From assembly GCA_032718475.1 (NCBI GenBank), contig JAUCBJ010003138.1:33472-97471 (forward strand): a stretch of 64,000 bases of DNA. The letters run 5' to 3'. The position numbers and the translations under genes were made by a program. Under the pieces are notes generated by a model. It had not been told where the DNA came from. It worked only from the letters and a program-made list of their open reading frames with translations, and searched no databases. Below, piece by piece: positions 10,918-23,219 of the stretch; within the stretch, counting starts at the first letter, position 1, and each line of letters opens with the position of its first letter. This DNA is from Nemertoderma westbladi (taxonomy: Eukaryota; Animalia; Xenacoelomorpha).

Positions 10918-13900
10918 ATGAGTCGAGAGAAAGGAACGACACCGCCGCGGACCCCGGACGACGATCTAACGATCCGCGAGGCCGCGACGAGACGGTATGC
11001 ACCCACAACGCCGAACCCATCGAGAACGGGCCATCTGGCGATCCGAGACGAGGGGGGCCGTCTACAGCGAGAGGACGAGACGGGAAGGAAGAAAGACGAG
11101 TCGACGCGGAGCGAGGGTCGACGTACCGATGTCGCCGGCCAGCCACAGGCCGAGGGCGACGGACGACCCACGGAACGGCGACGGTGGGGCCGCCGGTACG
11201 ACGTCGGGCCCGGAGAGACGGAGGAGAGGTCGGCGACGAGGACGTCGGGGTTTCTGATCGACTTCGACAGGCCTACCTCGCGACCCGGAAGCAACTGAGA
11301 GAGGCCAGAGGAAGGGCGAAGATAGACAAGGTGAGATTGACAAGAGGACTAGGTGAGTCGAGCAGATACTTTGATTACCTAATGCGTTTTGGGCAGAGAG
11401 AACTAGCCGAGGAGAGGGCGAGGGGAGTTGCCAACGAACTGATTGAAATATGGGAGTATAGGGGTATGGAACCTAGCGCAGTGTACGTAGGGCCATACTT
11501 AGTCGATGCCTGGGGAGTAAAATTAGTGGGTTGGAAGAGACCTGAGGAGGGCGAATCCGAGGTTAAACCCGAGGATTCGGTCTCGTCGGTAGGAGGAAGT
11601 TCCGGGAGGCGGGGGAAAGTTGGTGGGACGGAGGGGCGACGGGAGTCTGTCGCAACCGATAAGTCTGCTACATCCTCCGCAAAAGAAAGAAGGGTGCGGG
11701 AGATAGGTCTGACGTGTGAATTAGAAACGGTGGCGAATGAGCAGAATGAGTTAGAGTGGCAATTGAGAGAGAAAACCGCATTGTTGGAGGGAGAAGAAGA
11801 GTGGGCGAGGGAGTGTAGAGAGGAAGCCGAGGGGTGTAGAGAGGGAGCCGAGGAGTGTAGAGAGGCAGCCGAGGAGTGTAGAGAACGGGAGATGGGAGTA
11901 GAGAGCGAGTCGGCGAGGCGGTTGGAGATGACTGCGAGATGGTCAGAGTTGGAAGAACAGAATATGCGAGAGAGAGAGATAGAGAGTAAGCGCGTGCAGG
12001 ATGATTTGCGTGCCCAGCTAGAGAGGCTTACACAATATCAAGCCAAACTGAATCAGCGCCGACTAGAACTGGCGCGGTTGGAGATATCAGAGAGTGAGCC
12101 CCCACTCACAGGCACCGGGTGGGAGAACCAGAACTGGTGTAGCCGTACGGGCGGGGGGGGTAGTAGTAGTACATTAGAGACAGTTAATGTTAATAGTACC
12201 GTAGTAAATAACCCTAATCCCTTTATTACAGGAAATAATATTTTACCGGGTAGTAGTAATTTAAATTTAAATACAAATACTCTAAATAATAATTTCAATT
12301 CAAACCCGAAAAATAATTCGAATAATAATTTAAGTTTAGAGAATAGTAGTGATCTAAGTAATTTAAATAATTTAAATAATAATCCCGTTTCAAATTCTAA
12401 TAATTTAATTGATTTAACAAATAATATTGGGAATGGTGCTATTAATATGAGCGTGTCGGACGTACATAACCCGGCAGACGGGGGCCTGGTGGGCCACGTA
12501 CTTGGTAGGCAGGAGGTGGCAGGGTTGAGCCAACCCGACGGCGGCCTGGTAGGCCACGTAGTTGGTAGGCAGGAGGTAGCGGGGTTGAGCCAACCCGAAG
12601 TGGGCCTGGTGGGCCACGCAGTAGTAGAGAGAGAGGCGGGGGTGAATAGACCCAGCCGTAGTAGAGACAGTGCGTCGACTAAAGAGGGGTATAGAAGTGT
12701 AGTGAGAGATAGTGAAGTTAGATGTGGCGAGTGGGGGGGGCTGCCGGCGCCCCACCACATAAGATTAGTGGCGAGAGAGGGGGGGCAGAGAATGCCCCAC
12801 AAGAGGGGTATAGAAGTGTAGTAAGAAATAGTGAAGTTAGAAGTGGCGGGTGGGGGGGGGCTACGGGCACCCCACCGCGTGAGATTAGTAGCGAGGGAGG
12901 GGGGGCAGAGAGTGTCCCACAGGCGTCGGCGGATAATGCGCGGGCCGAATCAGGTAAACCGCAACACCCGGCGACGGAGAGTAATAGGGGGATTGCGAGT
13001 ATCCCCAGCGGCGTGCGATCGAGCAGAGAGAGGCAGGTTGACGTCGCGAGAGGGCAGACGAAGCGTCGAGCCCGATCAGAAGAGAGAAGAAGAACAGTGG
13101 AGTTTAACCGGGAGGTCGACGAGAGATCTCACGAGCGGGAATACTGCACGAAAAGGGGAAGAAGAGAAGATAGTAGAAGAAGTGTCGCCACGAACGATAG
13201 CAGTGTGAGGACAGATAACGGACCGTCGATAGTAGAGATGGAGTCAGGGAGCCAGTGGGGTCGAACTTCGGGAGATTGCCGTCGCCCCGGAGAAACGCAC
13301 CGCACGCCAAGAGAGGGGTACAAGACGTACCAATACAGAGTCGAGAACAGGAGAGGGGATCGAAGAGAAGCTTCCCGACGGGATATAGCTGCCGATCGAG
13401 AGTGCAGTAGTCGCGGGGAGATTCGAGATTCGCGAAGAATAAACTTCGGTTCGGAAGGGCACATGCAGACTGCAGGACATACTGTAGGCCTTACTGCACA
13501 TACTATTATAGGCCATGCTGGGAGAGATAGAGTAGGCGATGGGGTAGCGCGAACGACGGGATTAAACCCGGAAGTCGCGGAGTACATACCGGTAGGTAGG
13601 CGAGAGGTAGGTAGGCCTATATCGGTACAGCAGCATGACTATAATACACAGGGACATAACATATATCCAGGGGAGGGGGGAGTTATTGGAGATAGACGTA
13701 TGGGCCCCAATGTATTAACATCAACCCCAGTACCAAACATACCGGCCGGGGGGGGGACAGGGTGACATTCCCCCATCACAATATCGACAATATACCCCGA
13801 TAGGAGCAAGAATATCGAACTCCCTGGACGAGAACAGGTCGTGCGGGCAGTCACTACCACACGCGGCTATACAGGGGACTGCTAGTCCACAGTTACCTGG

Positions 13901-14230
13901 TAGCAGGGCCACACCGTGGCGGGGACAGGAAGAAAATAACACCAAAAATAAACACAATCCCAATATACCCAGTAGGCCGAGTCTAGACAATCGAAACATT
14001 AAATCGGTACATATAAACCTAAGCGCGATACGTGAAGGACTATACAGGAAACGCTATAATCCAGGATTCCAATGTCAATTACATCGGGACGGAACCCATA
14101 AGACCAGGAGTTGCAAGTACTGGCAAGCGTTGCCCAAACGAGATCGTGTAGCCTACACAGATGCAAACGGACTATGTCATCGATGTGTGGTAAAAGGACA
14201 CAGATCCGGAGAGTGTTGGAAAGGGAGAGG
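10918..14230 (+). pseudogene. Degenerate gag-like region (long N-terminal extension, internal deletion, Cys/His knuckles)
   Basis: Frameshifted ORFs 10918, 11184, 12722 and 14130 are homologous to 47698-53970; CHRCVVKGHRSGEC. Confidence 0.75.
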
Positions 14231-14639
14231 ATATGAAAGGACTAAACCAGGGGCAGAGAAGCCCATTAGCAAACATAAGGGAGTCGGGAAAGTAGAAGGA
14301 GGCGTGTTGCATACACACGCAGGACGGACACAGTGCGAGGGGGCATTGCACGGGCAGACGCCATGTGTACCAAGGAACGAGCGGGGGTCGTCGAGGCCTT
14401 TAATGCCAGCGCACATACGAAGGGGGAGGCTAGCGGAGGTAGTGTCGAAGAGAGTGTGGTGAAGAGTTAGAGGGCGTATAGGAGGGCAGCGGGAGAGTGC
14501 CTACCGGAAGAAGGGGCACCTGAGAGTTTTTAGTCGTCCAAAGTTTTGGACTGAGGGGGGTGGGAATGAGGGCGAGACGCCCTTCCCACGCACAAAATAT
14601 AAAATAATTATTTAATTAAAAATAAGAAAATAGTTAAAT

Positions 14640-15860
14640 AATAGAGTAGGTAGAAGTTAGGTAGTAAGAGAGTTAGTTAGTTAGTTAGTTAGGAGGTACG
14701 TAGTACCATTAGTTAGTGGAGTTAGAGTAGTGAGAGGGTACGTAGTACCGTTAGAGAGTAAGAGTTAGAGGGTACGCAGTACCGTTAGAGAGTAGGAGTT
14801 AAGGGGTACGTAGTACGTTAGAGAGTTAGTAAGAGTAAGAGGGTACGTAGTACCGCTAGCTAGTAGAGAGAGCTAGAGTAGTAAGAGGGTACGTAGTACC
14901 GCTAGTTAGGAGTGTTAGTAGAGTAGTAGAATGGTTGTGGGCACCGTAAGCGCCACATAGAAAGTAGTAGCAGTAGAGGGTTGTGGGCACCGTAAGCGCC
15001 ACGTAGTTAGAGTTAGTAGGGAATGCGCTGAACTTAGTGGGGCACGGGCGTGATGATGTGTTTGATGTAAGAGCAGGGTATGTTAATTAGAGTTAGTGGG
15101 AGTTAGAGGTTAGTAAGAGGGTACGTAGTACCGGTTGTGGTTGTGGGCACCGTTAGCGCCACGTAGATAGAGGTAGAGTTAGTAAGAGGGTACGTAGTAC
15201 CGGTTGTGGTTGTGGGCACCGTTAGCGCCACGTAGAGAGTTAGTAGAGTTAGTTAGAGTTAGTAGTAGTTCACATAATTAACGTACCCACTCTGCCGGCA
15301 TTCAGAGCGTCACGTGCAGGCGAGTGGATGTAAAGGAAGTAAGTTAGAGATAGGGTAGAATAGTAGAGGGCACATAGGGTGCCAGGTAGTAGAGTTAGAG
15401 TGTTAGAGGTAGTAGAGAGGGCACATAGGGTGCCAGAGAGTGGAGTAGTAGAGAGGGCACATAGGGTGCCAAGTAGTAGGGTTAGAGTGTTAGAGAGGTA
15501 GTTGAGTAGTAGAAGGGCACAAAGGGTGCCAGATAGTAGAGTGGTTGTGGGCACCGCAAGCGCCACGTAGTTAGAAGAGTGGAGTAGAGTTAGTAGAGCT
15601 AGTTAGTAGAGTTAGCAGAGCTAGTGGAGTAGAGTTAGTAGAGCTAGTTAGCAGAGTTGGTAGACGCAGAGGAGTCAAGTAGAGTTAGTAGAAGTAGAAA
15701 GTTAGTAGGAGTTAGTTAGACTTAGTAGAGAGTTAGAGTCAGTAGAAAGTTAGAGGCTCTCAGTTAGAGCTAGAAGTGGTAAGAGTTAGTAGTTAGCAGA
15801 GTTAGTTAGATAGCTAGAGTTAGTAAGCAGTAGGTAGATAGTACGATAGCACAGGGGTAG
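14640..15860 (+). repeat. Purine-rich low-complexity spacer with repeated short hairpins
   Basis: (TTAG/AGAG)-rich; repeated GGTACGTAGTACC, GGCACATAGGGTGCC and GTGGGCACCGTAAGCGCCAC. Confidence 0.8.
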
Positions 15861-16440
15861 CATTAGAGATTAAAGCCTTAGGGAGTGACAAGAGAGTGGA
15901 GAGGTGATAGTGCGGGGTGCGGAGAGAGTGGTGTAAGTACTATAGTCATACAACCTTTCTCAATTAGCTACTGGGACTGGGGGGCTAAGTGACTATGGCA
16001 CTAGGGACAAGACGCCAGACGATTTCACATTTCCTGAGTGCGACGGCACGGAGGGGGGGTGAGATTCGTCAGAAGGGATAAGGTAGTCAAGGAGGGATGG
16101 AGTAATAGTGCGGAGTGCGAAGAGAGTGTGGGCGCAATTCAAGTGTGGGGGAGGAGAAGTGAGAGGAAGAGTGTGGGACGAGGAGGTCCGGGAGTATGCG
16201 AGAGTTGGAGTAGAGTGGTGAGAGTGTTGGGGAAACAAAAATTGTGTGAGAGAAGCGCACGATCGGCCCGACACGAAACGCCAGAGGGTAGCAATATCAT
16301 ACCCATAGGGAGCGGCCTGGAAAGCCGACTCCGAAAAAATATACCCACCCCACACCCGATGCTAGATCGGGATCCAGCGGAATTGTAGCGCACTTTAGTT
16401 GGATGCTATCTTCTCACCAGGAAGATAGCATGGGGGGGAG

Positions 16441-16969
16441 TGTTAGCTTATCCAATTCCGCTAACACAAACCCATAGAGTGAGCCATAAAGCAATATTGG
16501 GAGCACGAGGTTGATTACCAATCAACCTCGTGTCAGCCCAGTAAACGGGGACAATAGGCCCCAAAGGAGACACACACAATAGGGGTCAGGGGCCAAACCC
16601 CTAACCCAGAGAGTACAGGTGGAGTGAACGGGAACACTCCACGGGGCGCCAACAAGGGTATCAACCAATCAGAGGGGGGCAAGGCATCGATTAGGTAGTA
16701 ATTAGGCCAACCGTGCAATATAATCAGTAACCTATTAATCAGTAATTCAGTTATCTCAGTGCAGTAGTGCTAGCATAGGTTAGTTAGTTTAGATAGGGGA
16801 GCACGGGACTTTTAGTTACCGTATCCCGCCTTCCACATATCTACATCTATATCTTATACCCATCAGTTATTATACACCGAACATCAGAACTCATTCACTG
16901 TTTCGTTTGCTCTTTATACACGGCGGGGACGCGTAAACTAAATCGGGATCCCTCCTGGATCCCGTCACA
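16441..16969 (+). repeat. 3' LTR (529 bp)
   Basis: Direct repeat of 10317-10857, preceded by GGGGGGGAG PPT. Confidence 0.95.
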
Positions 16970-18767
16970 TGTATCAATATGAGGCTGATTTAGTTTATAG
17001 CAAAATGCTTCTTGAATACAAGCTATATTGGCGCTTTGGCGTTCTAATAATGAGAAAAAACTGTCAATAACGCAAGTAGAGAAATGTTGTTTATTTTCAA
17101 GATATTTTAGGCTCTTTTGCATCAAGGGGAAGAATATTTTAGGTCTTAATTTTGATCTCTGTTCTGCCAGTTCATCCATTATTGCGTTGTCACTTTTTGT
17201 ATATATTATGTCTGGAAAGAATCCATCATCTATTTCTGCTTGAGAATTGCTGACAACATTGGGATAGATCCTATCCAGGGGTCTGGAAGAACTGCCTGGT
17301 ATAAATTCAGCTGCATCTCCACATAGGGGATGAGTATGCTGTTTAATCAATTTAGGATCGGTATGAATAATTTGGTTTGTGGTAGGATGAGGGGAAATGA
17401 CACTCTTATTTTGGGATAATATAGAGATGCTAGTCACCCTGCCCCTTGAGCTAGTGCAATCAGAATTTTCTAGGTTACCGGTACTATGTTTCTTAAGGTC
17501 GCTTGAGTTACTAATTATATCAAAATTATTAGAGTTCACCAGAACTGGGTTTTTGGCTGTATGGATTCCCGGGCCTCCTTCCCAGTTCTGGTTAGTCTGA
17601 CCTGGTAAAGTTCGTTTTATCCAAGTGATGTCATCATCTGACAAATCCTCAACTAAGATTGGCGAATTTGACTCCCTTTTCCGTGTAGTCATCGACATCA
17701 ACTCTCCATGGGGTTTGCTCAGAGTCAACCTCACTCCATCGGGTTCTCTCGGAGTCACCCTCACTTCATCGGGTTCGCTCGGAGTCGTCCTCGTTCCCGC
17801 GGGCTTGCTCGAAGTTGTCATCGTTACCGCGGATTCGCTTGGAGTTGTCCTCGTTCCATCGGGTTCGCTCGGAGTCATCCTCCCTCCGTCAGATTCGCGC
17901 AGAGTTAACCTCATTCCCGCGGGTTCGCTCAGAATCTTCCCCGTTCCCACGGGTTCATTCGGAGTCTTCCTCGTTCTGTCGGGTTCACTCTGAGTCATCC
18001 TCGCTCCTTTGAATTCGCTCGGAGTCGTCCTCGTTCCCCACGATTCGCTCGGCTCGGTTCTCACTCCGTCAGGTTTGCTCTGAGTCATCGTCAGTCCGTT
18101 GGGTTCGCTCAGAGTCGTCCTTGCTCCGTTGGGTTCGCTCAGGATCGACCTCACTCCGTCGGGCTCGCTCGGAGTCATCCTCAATTCATCGGGTTCGCTC
18201 GGAGTCATCCTCGATCCCACGGGTTCGGTCGGAGTCTTCCTCGTTCCGTCGGGTTCACTCTGAGTCATCCTCGCTCCTTTGAATTCGCTCGGAGTCGCCC
18301 TCGTTCCCACGGATTCACTAGGAGTCATTCTCACTCCGTCAGGTTTGCTCGGAGTCGTCATCAGTCCGTAGGGTTCGCTCAGAGTCGTCCTCGCTCCGTT
18401 GGGTTCGCTCAGGATCCTCCTCACTCCGTTGGGTTGACTGACCTGTCTGATGCCAAAATATTTGATCAGGCAAGAGGCAGCTTGGAGTCATCATCACTCC
18501 ATTGGGTTTGCTCGGAGACAACCTCACTCCGTCGGGTTCGCTCAGAGTCATCCTCATAACATCAGGTTCGCTTGGAGTTGTCCTCATTCCTGCGGGTTCA
18601 CTCGGAGTTGATCGTGGTACTGAGGTTTTATCCTTGTGTTGGCGCCCCACACAGCGATGCTTTTCAGCATCACAGCCGTCTACAGGCCCGTGTCCGTGAC
18701 TACGTATTGGATAGGTTCTAATAGGTAGTGGTCGCGTTTTTGGTGGTGGAGTTCTCTGCAGGGTCAT
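16970..18767 (-). CDS. LINE ORF1, N-terminal part: decapeptide repeats and start of Ulp1-like domain (frameshifted by a 50-bp insert at 18434-18483)
   Basis: ATG at 18767; RTTPSEPDG-type repeats; ..FSTCVIDSFFSLL..AFCYKL..HIDT continues in frame into AATARY.. at 10311. Confidence 0.75.
17712..18610. repeat. 30-bp coding tandem repeat (~28 units) in ORF1
   Basis: gggttcgctcggagtcatcctc.. units translating to xTPSEPxGxR. Confidence 0.9.
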
Positions 18768-20343
18768 GATTTCGGTGCGAACAGATTCCGTGATCCTGGA
18801 TTCCGCAATAGATAATTACTGTTGAGGAAACAATCAATAGCCAAGCAATCAATAAACAAATAAATAATGACAATAGAATAATATATAATTATTATTATTA
18901 TTATCTTAATACGGTACAGCCAGAGGATCCTCAGAGTTACTGAGTTGGGCCTTAGAGGAAGATAGAAAGAAGCTCGTATCTATCTCGGGACAGTTAGACC
19001 GTTAGGCTTCATTAACGCAAGGGAAAGGATATCCACGACGCATTAGGAAGCCCACATTATTTTCGCCCATCCATTCAAAAGCATGCCCAATTGCCTGAAT
19101 GTGCCAACATCAGAGGAAGGTAAGACTTTGTTTGACGTCCTTGCCCGCCGTAAGACCTTAGATCAGGGTAAAGTGTGACGCCGTCCTGGGACGCCGTAAA
19201 ATTTAGGATTAAATATCTCAGATTCAGACAGGTAAAAACCGGGTCAACCTGTATCTCCTACAGGTGCGAGCTGTTGCTGTTCGTCAGTACGCGCAAGTAC
19301 ACTTAGGTGCGAATAGCATGCTCTATAATTTGGTGATTTGCAGTACTGACATTACAGTAACGGTTAGCTTTGTAGGCCTTATAGTTTGACTGACCTGTCT
19401 GATGCCAAAATATTTGATCAGGCAAGAGGCAGCTTTCTGCTAACGGCACATGTTTGGCCTAGGGAGGTTTACTAACATCCTACCGCGCCCTTGCTACGCA
19501 CTGATAGGTATTTACTGCTAACCATCGCAGTAACAAAGTTCTAGAACAAATTTGTATACCAGATCAGCTAGACGTACGGTAGTAAATTAACACCTATTTC
19601 CTTATCTCACAATCAGAATCCGGTATTAGTGCCGATCACGGGTGTAGTTACTACCACAGTAATTGCCCTGTTGAGTTGTGGATGAAGGAGGAGAGAGCCC
19701 TTTTGACGTCAGTTTGTAAATATTGCGTCTACAGCGTGCTACTAGCTTATTTCGAGTAACTAGCGCCCGGTATTGTTATTTTGATTAAAATCACTAAAAC
19801 CTAGTATAACGGCGATACACCAAAATTGTTTTATTCGTAACACACACACACACACGCGTCTTGAGATCCACTAGCTACTGACTTTCAGTAAGAGTATTTT
19901 TTTATTTGATGAGATATTTAGTATTTGTTTTATTCAGGCATTTAGGAGCACCCCTATTGACTGCTACTTTCCTGTCGGCAGTATTGTTTTACGCTAGTTC
20001 TGTTGACCCACTAGCTCGTATATAACCATATAAATTCCGAACGGGCTATTGGTTGGCTAACAGTAGCTCCAGTGGCGCGCCACCAATTCGATTTGTCTGC
20101 TAATGAGTTCCGGGATGGCCTATCCCTTAGGTATGAACGACCTTTGGCGACAAGTGTGTTATATTAGTAAAAAATAAAAATAGTACTTTAATTTTTTTAA
20201 TTTTTTTTTAAATTGTTCTAGAACAAAAATTTTTTTTTCTAGAACATATATATATATTTTTTTAATAGCTAACATGTTCTAGAACATGTTCATAAAAAGA
20301 AATAGCAAAAACTAGCTAGTAAAAAAAAATTGAGGGGGGGGTG

Positions 20344-21852
20344 TTATTAAACCCGGGGGGGGGGGTCAATATGACCCCCCCCCCGTGGTTTTTTTATTAT
20401 AATTCTGAAACAAACGCAGTTGGGAATCTGAAACTTTATGACTTTTCCTAAAAATCTATTGTCTTCATGGTAGTGAAAACCGTTTTCAAAAATATTGGGT
20501 ACTTTTCGAGTTATAGCACCATTTTTTAACCCTACTTTTGGCACTTTTTTTGAGACGTTTTTTGAAAATGACATTTCATTAAATATGAATTGTAACATCT
20601 CTATTTTTTATTTACACCTGTTTTTTGCTGTTAGAAATTGGATGGAATTCCTATAAATTGATTTAGAAATTTCAAACTTGTTTTTTTCGATGGGTGCCAA
20701 ATTCTGGTGCCAGCACCATATTTTGAAATAAGTCAATTTTGTAAATTGATTGTTTGAAACTTGTTTTTTACGCAATTGGGGTTTTTTGGAGTTCTGGATT
20801 CGATGAAATATATACGAGTTGCACCAAGCGTATCAAACTTGTATTTTTCGGTGCTGTGTGCAAATTTTGGTGCTAGAAAGAAATTTTGAAAATCCATTCA
20901 ATAGATAAAATTGCTTGTGACAATTTATTTCTTGCGTTTTAACGGTTTATGGCTGTTCTGAATTCAATGGAAAATATAATTATCGAACTAGACATCTCAA
21001 ACTTGTATTTTCCGGATGTGGATGCAAAATGTGGTGCTCGCACAAAATTTTGAAAACCATCAAATATATCAATTGATTGTGTCACCTTGTTTCTTGCGTT
21101 ATACGGGTTTGTGATGGTTCTGAATTCAATGGAATCGGTAAAAATTTCATAAGAGTTCTCAAACTTGTATTTTTCGCCGGTGGGTGAAATTTGTTGTGCC
21201 AGCACCAAATTTTGGAAAATATGCAAAATGTTAAGTAGATAGTATCACCTTGTTTCTTGCGTTATACGGGTTTATGAGGGTCCTGAATCCGATGGAATCA
21301 ATAAAAACAGCACTGGACATCGCAAACTTGTACTTTTTGGTGATGGGTACGAAATTTGGTGCTACAGTAGCACCAAAATTTGCCAAATTACGCCGAAAAA
21401 TACAAGTAGCAATGATCTGGCATATTAGAAATGTATTCCATTAGAATCAGCGCCCTCGAAAACCTGAAAATGTGAATTTATAGCATCGTATAAGTGAATT
21501 AAAAATTTTGTGTTCTAACTAAAAAGTGCTGGTTACTTGTTTTTTTCATTTTTTTCCTACGCAGAGAGGACTAAACAGCCATTTATAGTAATCATATCAT
21601 TTTTAAATATTTTCCAATGTATTTTGCACCCCAGAAATGTATTGAAAAGTAATTAGCCGAAAACGTAACTTTCAAATTTTGTGAAAATTGTGCACTACTT
21701 GTAATTTTGGTGCTGCAATATAACCACCCCAGTACATTTTTTCGAAAATTTTTTTTCGGTCGGATCCAGACAATTGATACCTACTTACAAACAAGACGTT
21801 TTCGTAAATATTTGTAGATTTTAGAGGGGGGGGGGGGGGGGGGTCAATATGG

Positions 21853-21891
<39 letters not shown>

Positions 21892-21936
21892 ACGGTATTT
21901 GTACAACATTTTATAGCCCGGTACTAATAGGGTTAA
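20344..21936. mobile_element. Non-autonomous TIR element (TTAACCCT..AGGGTTAA type), left end degraded
   Basis: Right end ATAGGGTTAA; G-run/GTCAATATG/C-run palindromes at both ends; degenerate ~120-bp internal repeats. Confidence 0.6.
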
Positions 21937-22439
21937 GTTTAGCTTTCCCTGAATCTTGCATATCACGGGAACCGGTAATCGGGGAGGCCAACGAGGAAAG
22001 TGGTGTGGAGGGTTTGCGCGCTGACCTCTCAGTGAGGGGTTACTGGCAGCCACAGAGGCGGGCATTGTTCGATGTGCGGGTCGTTTACCCTGATGCCCCC
22101 TCATATGTGGCACGTCCTGTAGCCTCTTTCCTACTAGACGCGGAAACTCAGAAGAAAAACAAGTACCATGATGCATGTGCTCTCCGACCATCAGATTTTA
22201 CCCCGCTGGTTGCTACAGTAGACGGTGTATTCGCTCCTGAGTACTCAATGACGGTGAGGAGGCTATCAGAGAGACTGGCTACTAAATGGGCGAAGCCATA
22301 TAGCTGTATCATAGGGTGGGTGAGGGCGCGGCTTTCGTTTGGTATCCTAAGGGCGACTTGTGCCTGCTTCAGGGCATCACGCACCAAGTGGAGGTGTGTG
22401 GGAGTTGAGGATGGCGCTGAGATTCCATTGGGTATCTAA
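21937..22439 (+). pseudogene. 3' fragment of a CRE-like non-LTR retrotransposon (restriction-like endonuclease)
   Basis: REPVI..RADL..FDVRV..PDAPSY..KKNKY..FTPLV..DG..GWVRARLSF..RTKWR. Confidence 0.8.
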
Positions 22440-22723
22440 GGAGACCCCGATGAGTGCTGACGAGACAGCATAGTAACTGTAGAGAACGACTTATCCCATG
22501 TAACACAACATACACTAACTTATTTGAGGTGATATACCGTCTGAATTGCTTTTCAAGCAAGCAAGTATTAATAAATAATAGTTAATATTATGTACTAATA
22601 ATATAAAATGTTCCAAATCAAAAGGATACGCCTCAACTTGGGAAGTTTGAAAATTATATAATATTTCGCTTTTAATATTTACAAAAAGGGAAAATTCAAT
22701 TTTATGCCCAATCACCGAGAACC

Positions 22724-23219
22724 TAAATTTTATACATGAATATTTTTAAATGTATCTTTATTAAGTGTTTTATAGCGCTTATTTCTGTCTTATCGCATCT
22801 TCTTTGCCGAATCGCGACTGTTGCCGAAACACAACTTTTTAGCCGAATAGCACCTTTTTGTCGAATCGCGACTTTTTTCCGAAACGCACTTTTTTTGCCG
22901 AAACGCAACTTTCTTTGCCGAAATGCGACTGTTGCCGAAACGCGACGACACTTTTCAATATGAAATTAGCGCTTTATAATGGTAGCGATGGGTATTTGAT
23001 TCTGAGAGAGCCGTAGATGCATCATAAATGTGCACATCGTTCTATACATGCTTTCTTCATTTGTGCCTCATACTGCCCCATGTAGGGAGGAGCCTTTGTA
23101 TAACAGGCGCGCTTAGTAACTCAAGCCGGAAGGGAAACCTACAGTATACCATTGCGTGTAAGCGAGTTAACACATGTGTTTGATGTAAAAATAATTTGAT
23201 ATAATCGTAATACATTCCT
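22724..23219 (+). mobile_element. Dispersed repeat, copy 2 of the 657-1226 family
   Basis: Near-identical to 700-1226. Confidence 0.75.

Larger units (their letters stand above)
10317..16969 (+). mobile_element. Non-autonomous LTR retrotransposon (BEL/Pao family; gag-only deletion derivative)
   Basis: LTRs 10317-10857 and 16441-16969; TSD TGTAT; PPT 16432-16440; homologous to the element at 47095-62778 but lacks pol and ORF3. Confidence 0.93.
3711..19827 (-). mobile_element. Full-length APE-RT LINE (clade uncertain, RTEX/Proto2/L2-group-like), interrupted by an LTR element
   Basis: TSD GTTTTATT at 3703-3710 and 19828-19835; (TTGAA)n 3' tail at ~3711-3726 with AATAAA upstream; ORF1 and ORF2 present. 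Confidence 0.88.
1782..19842 (+). mobile_element. Solo LTR (~312 bp reconstructed: 1782-1962 + 3587-3710 + 19836-19842) split by two LINE insertions
   Basis: Starts TGGAACGA and ends TCGTAACA (TG..CA, imperfect inverted ends); CACA on both flanks (1778-1781, 19843-19846); TATATAA at ~1898; the pieces join once the two TSD-flanked LINEs are removed. Confidence 0.6.

Noticed and set aside
19386-19435. Ribozyme in the LINE 5' UTR
   Set aside because: A hairpin is present, but the hammerhead CUGAUGA/GAAA core and an HDV-like pseudoknot could not be identified.
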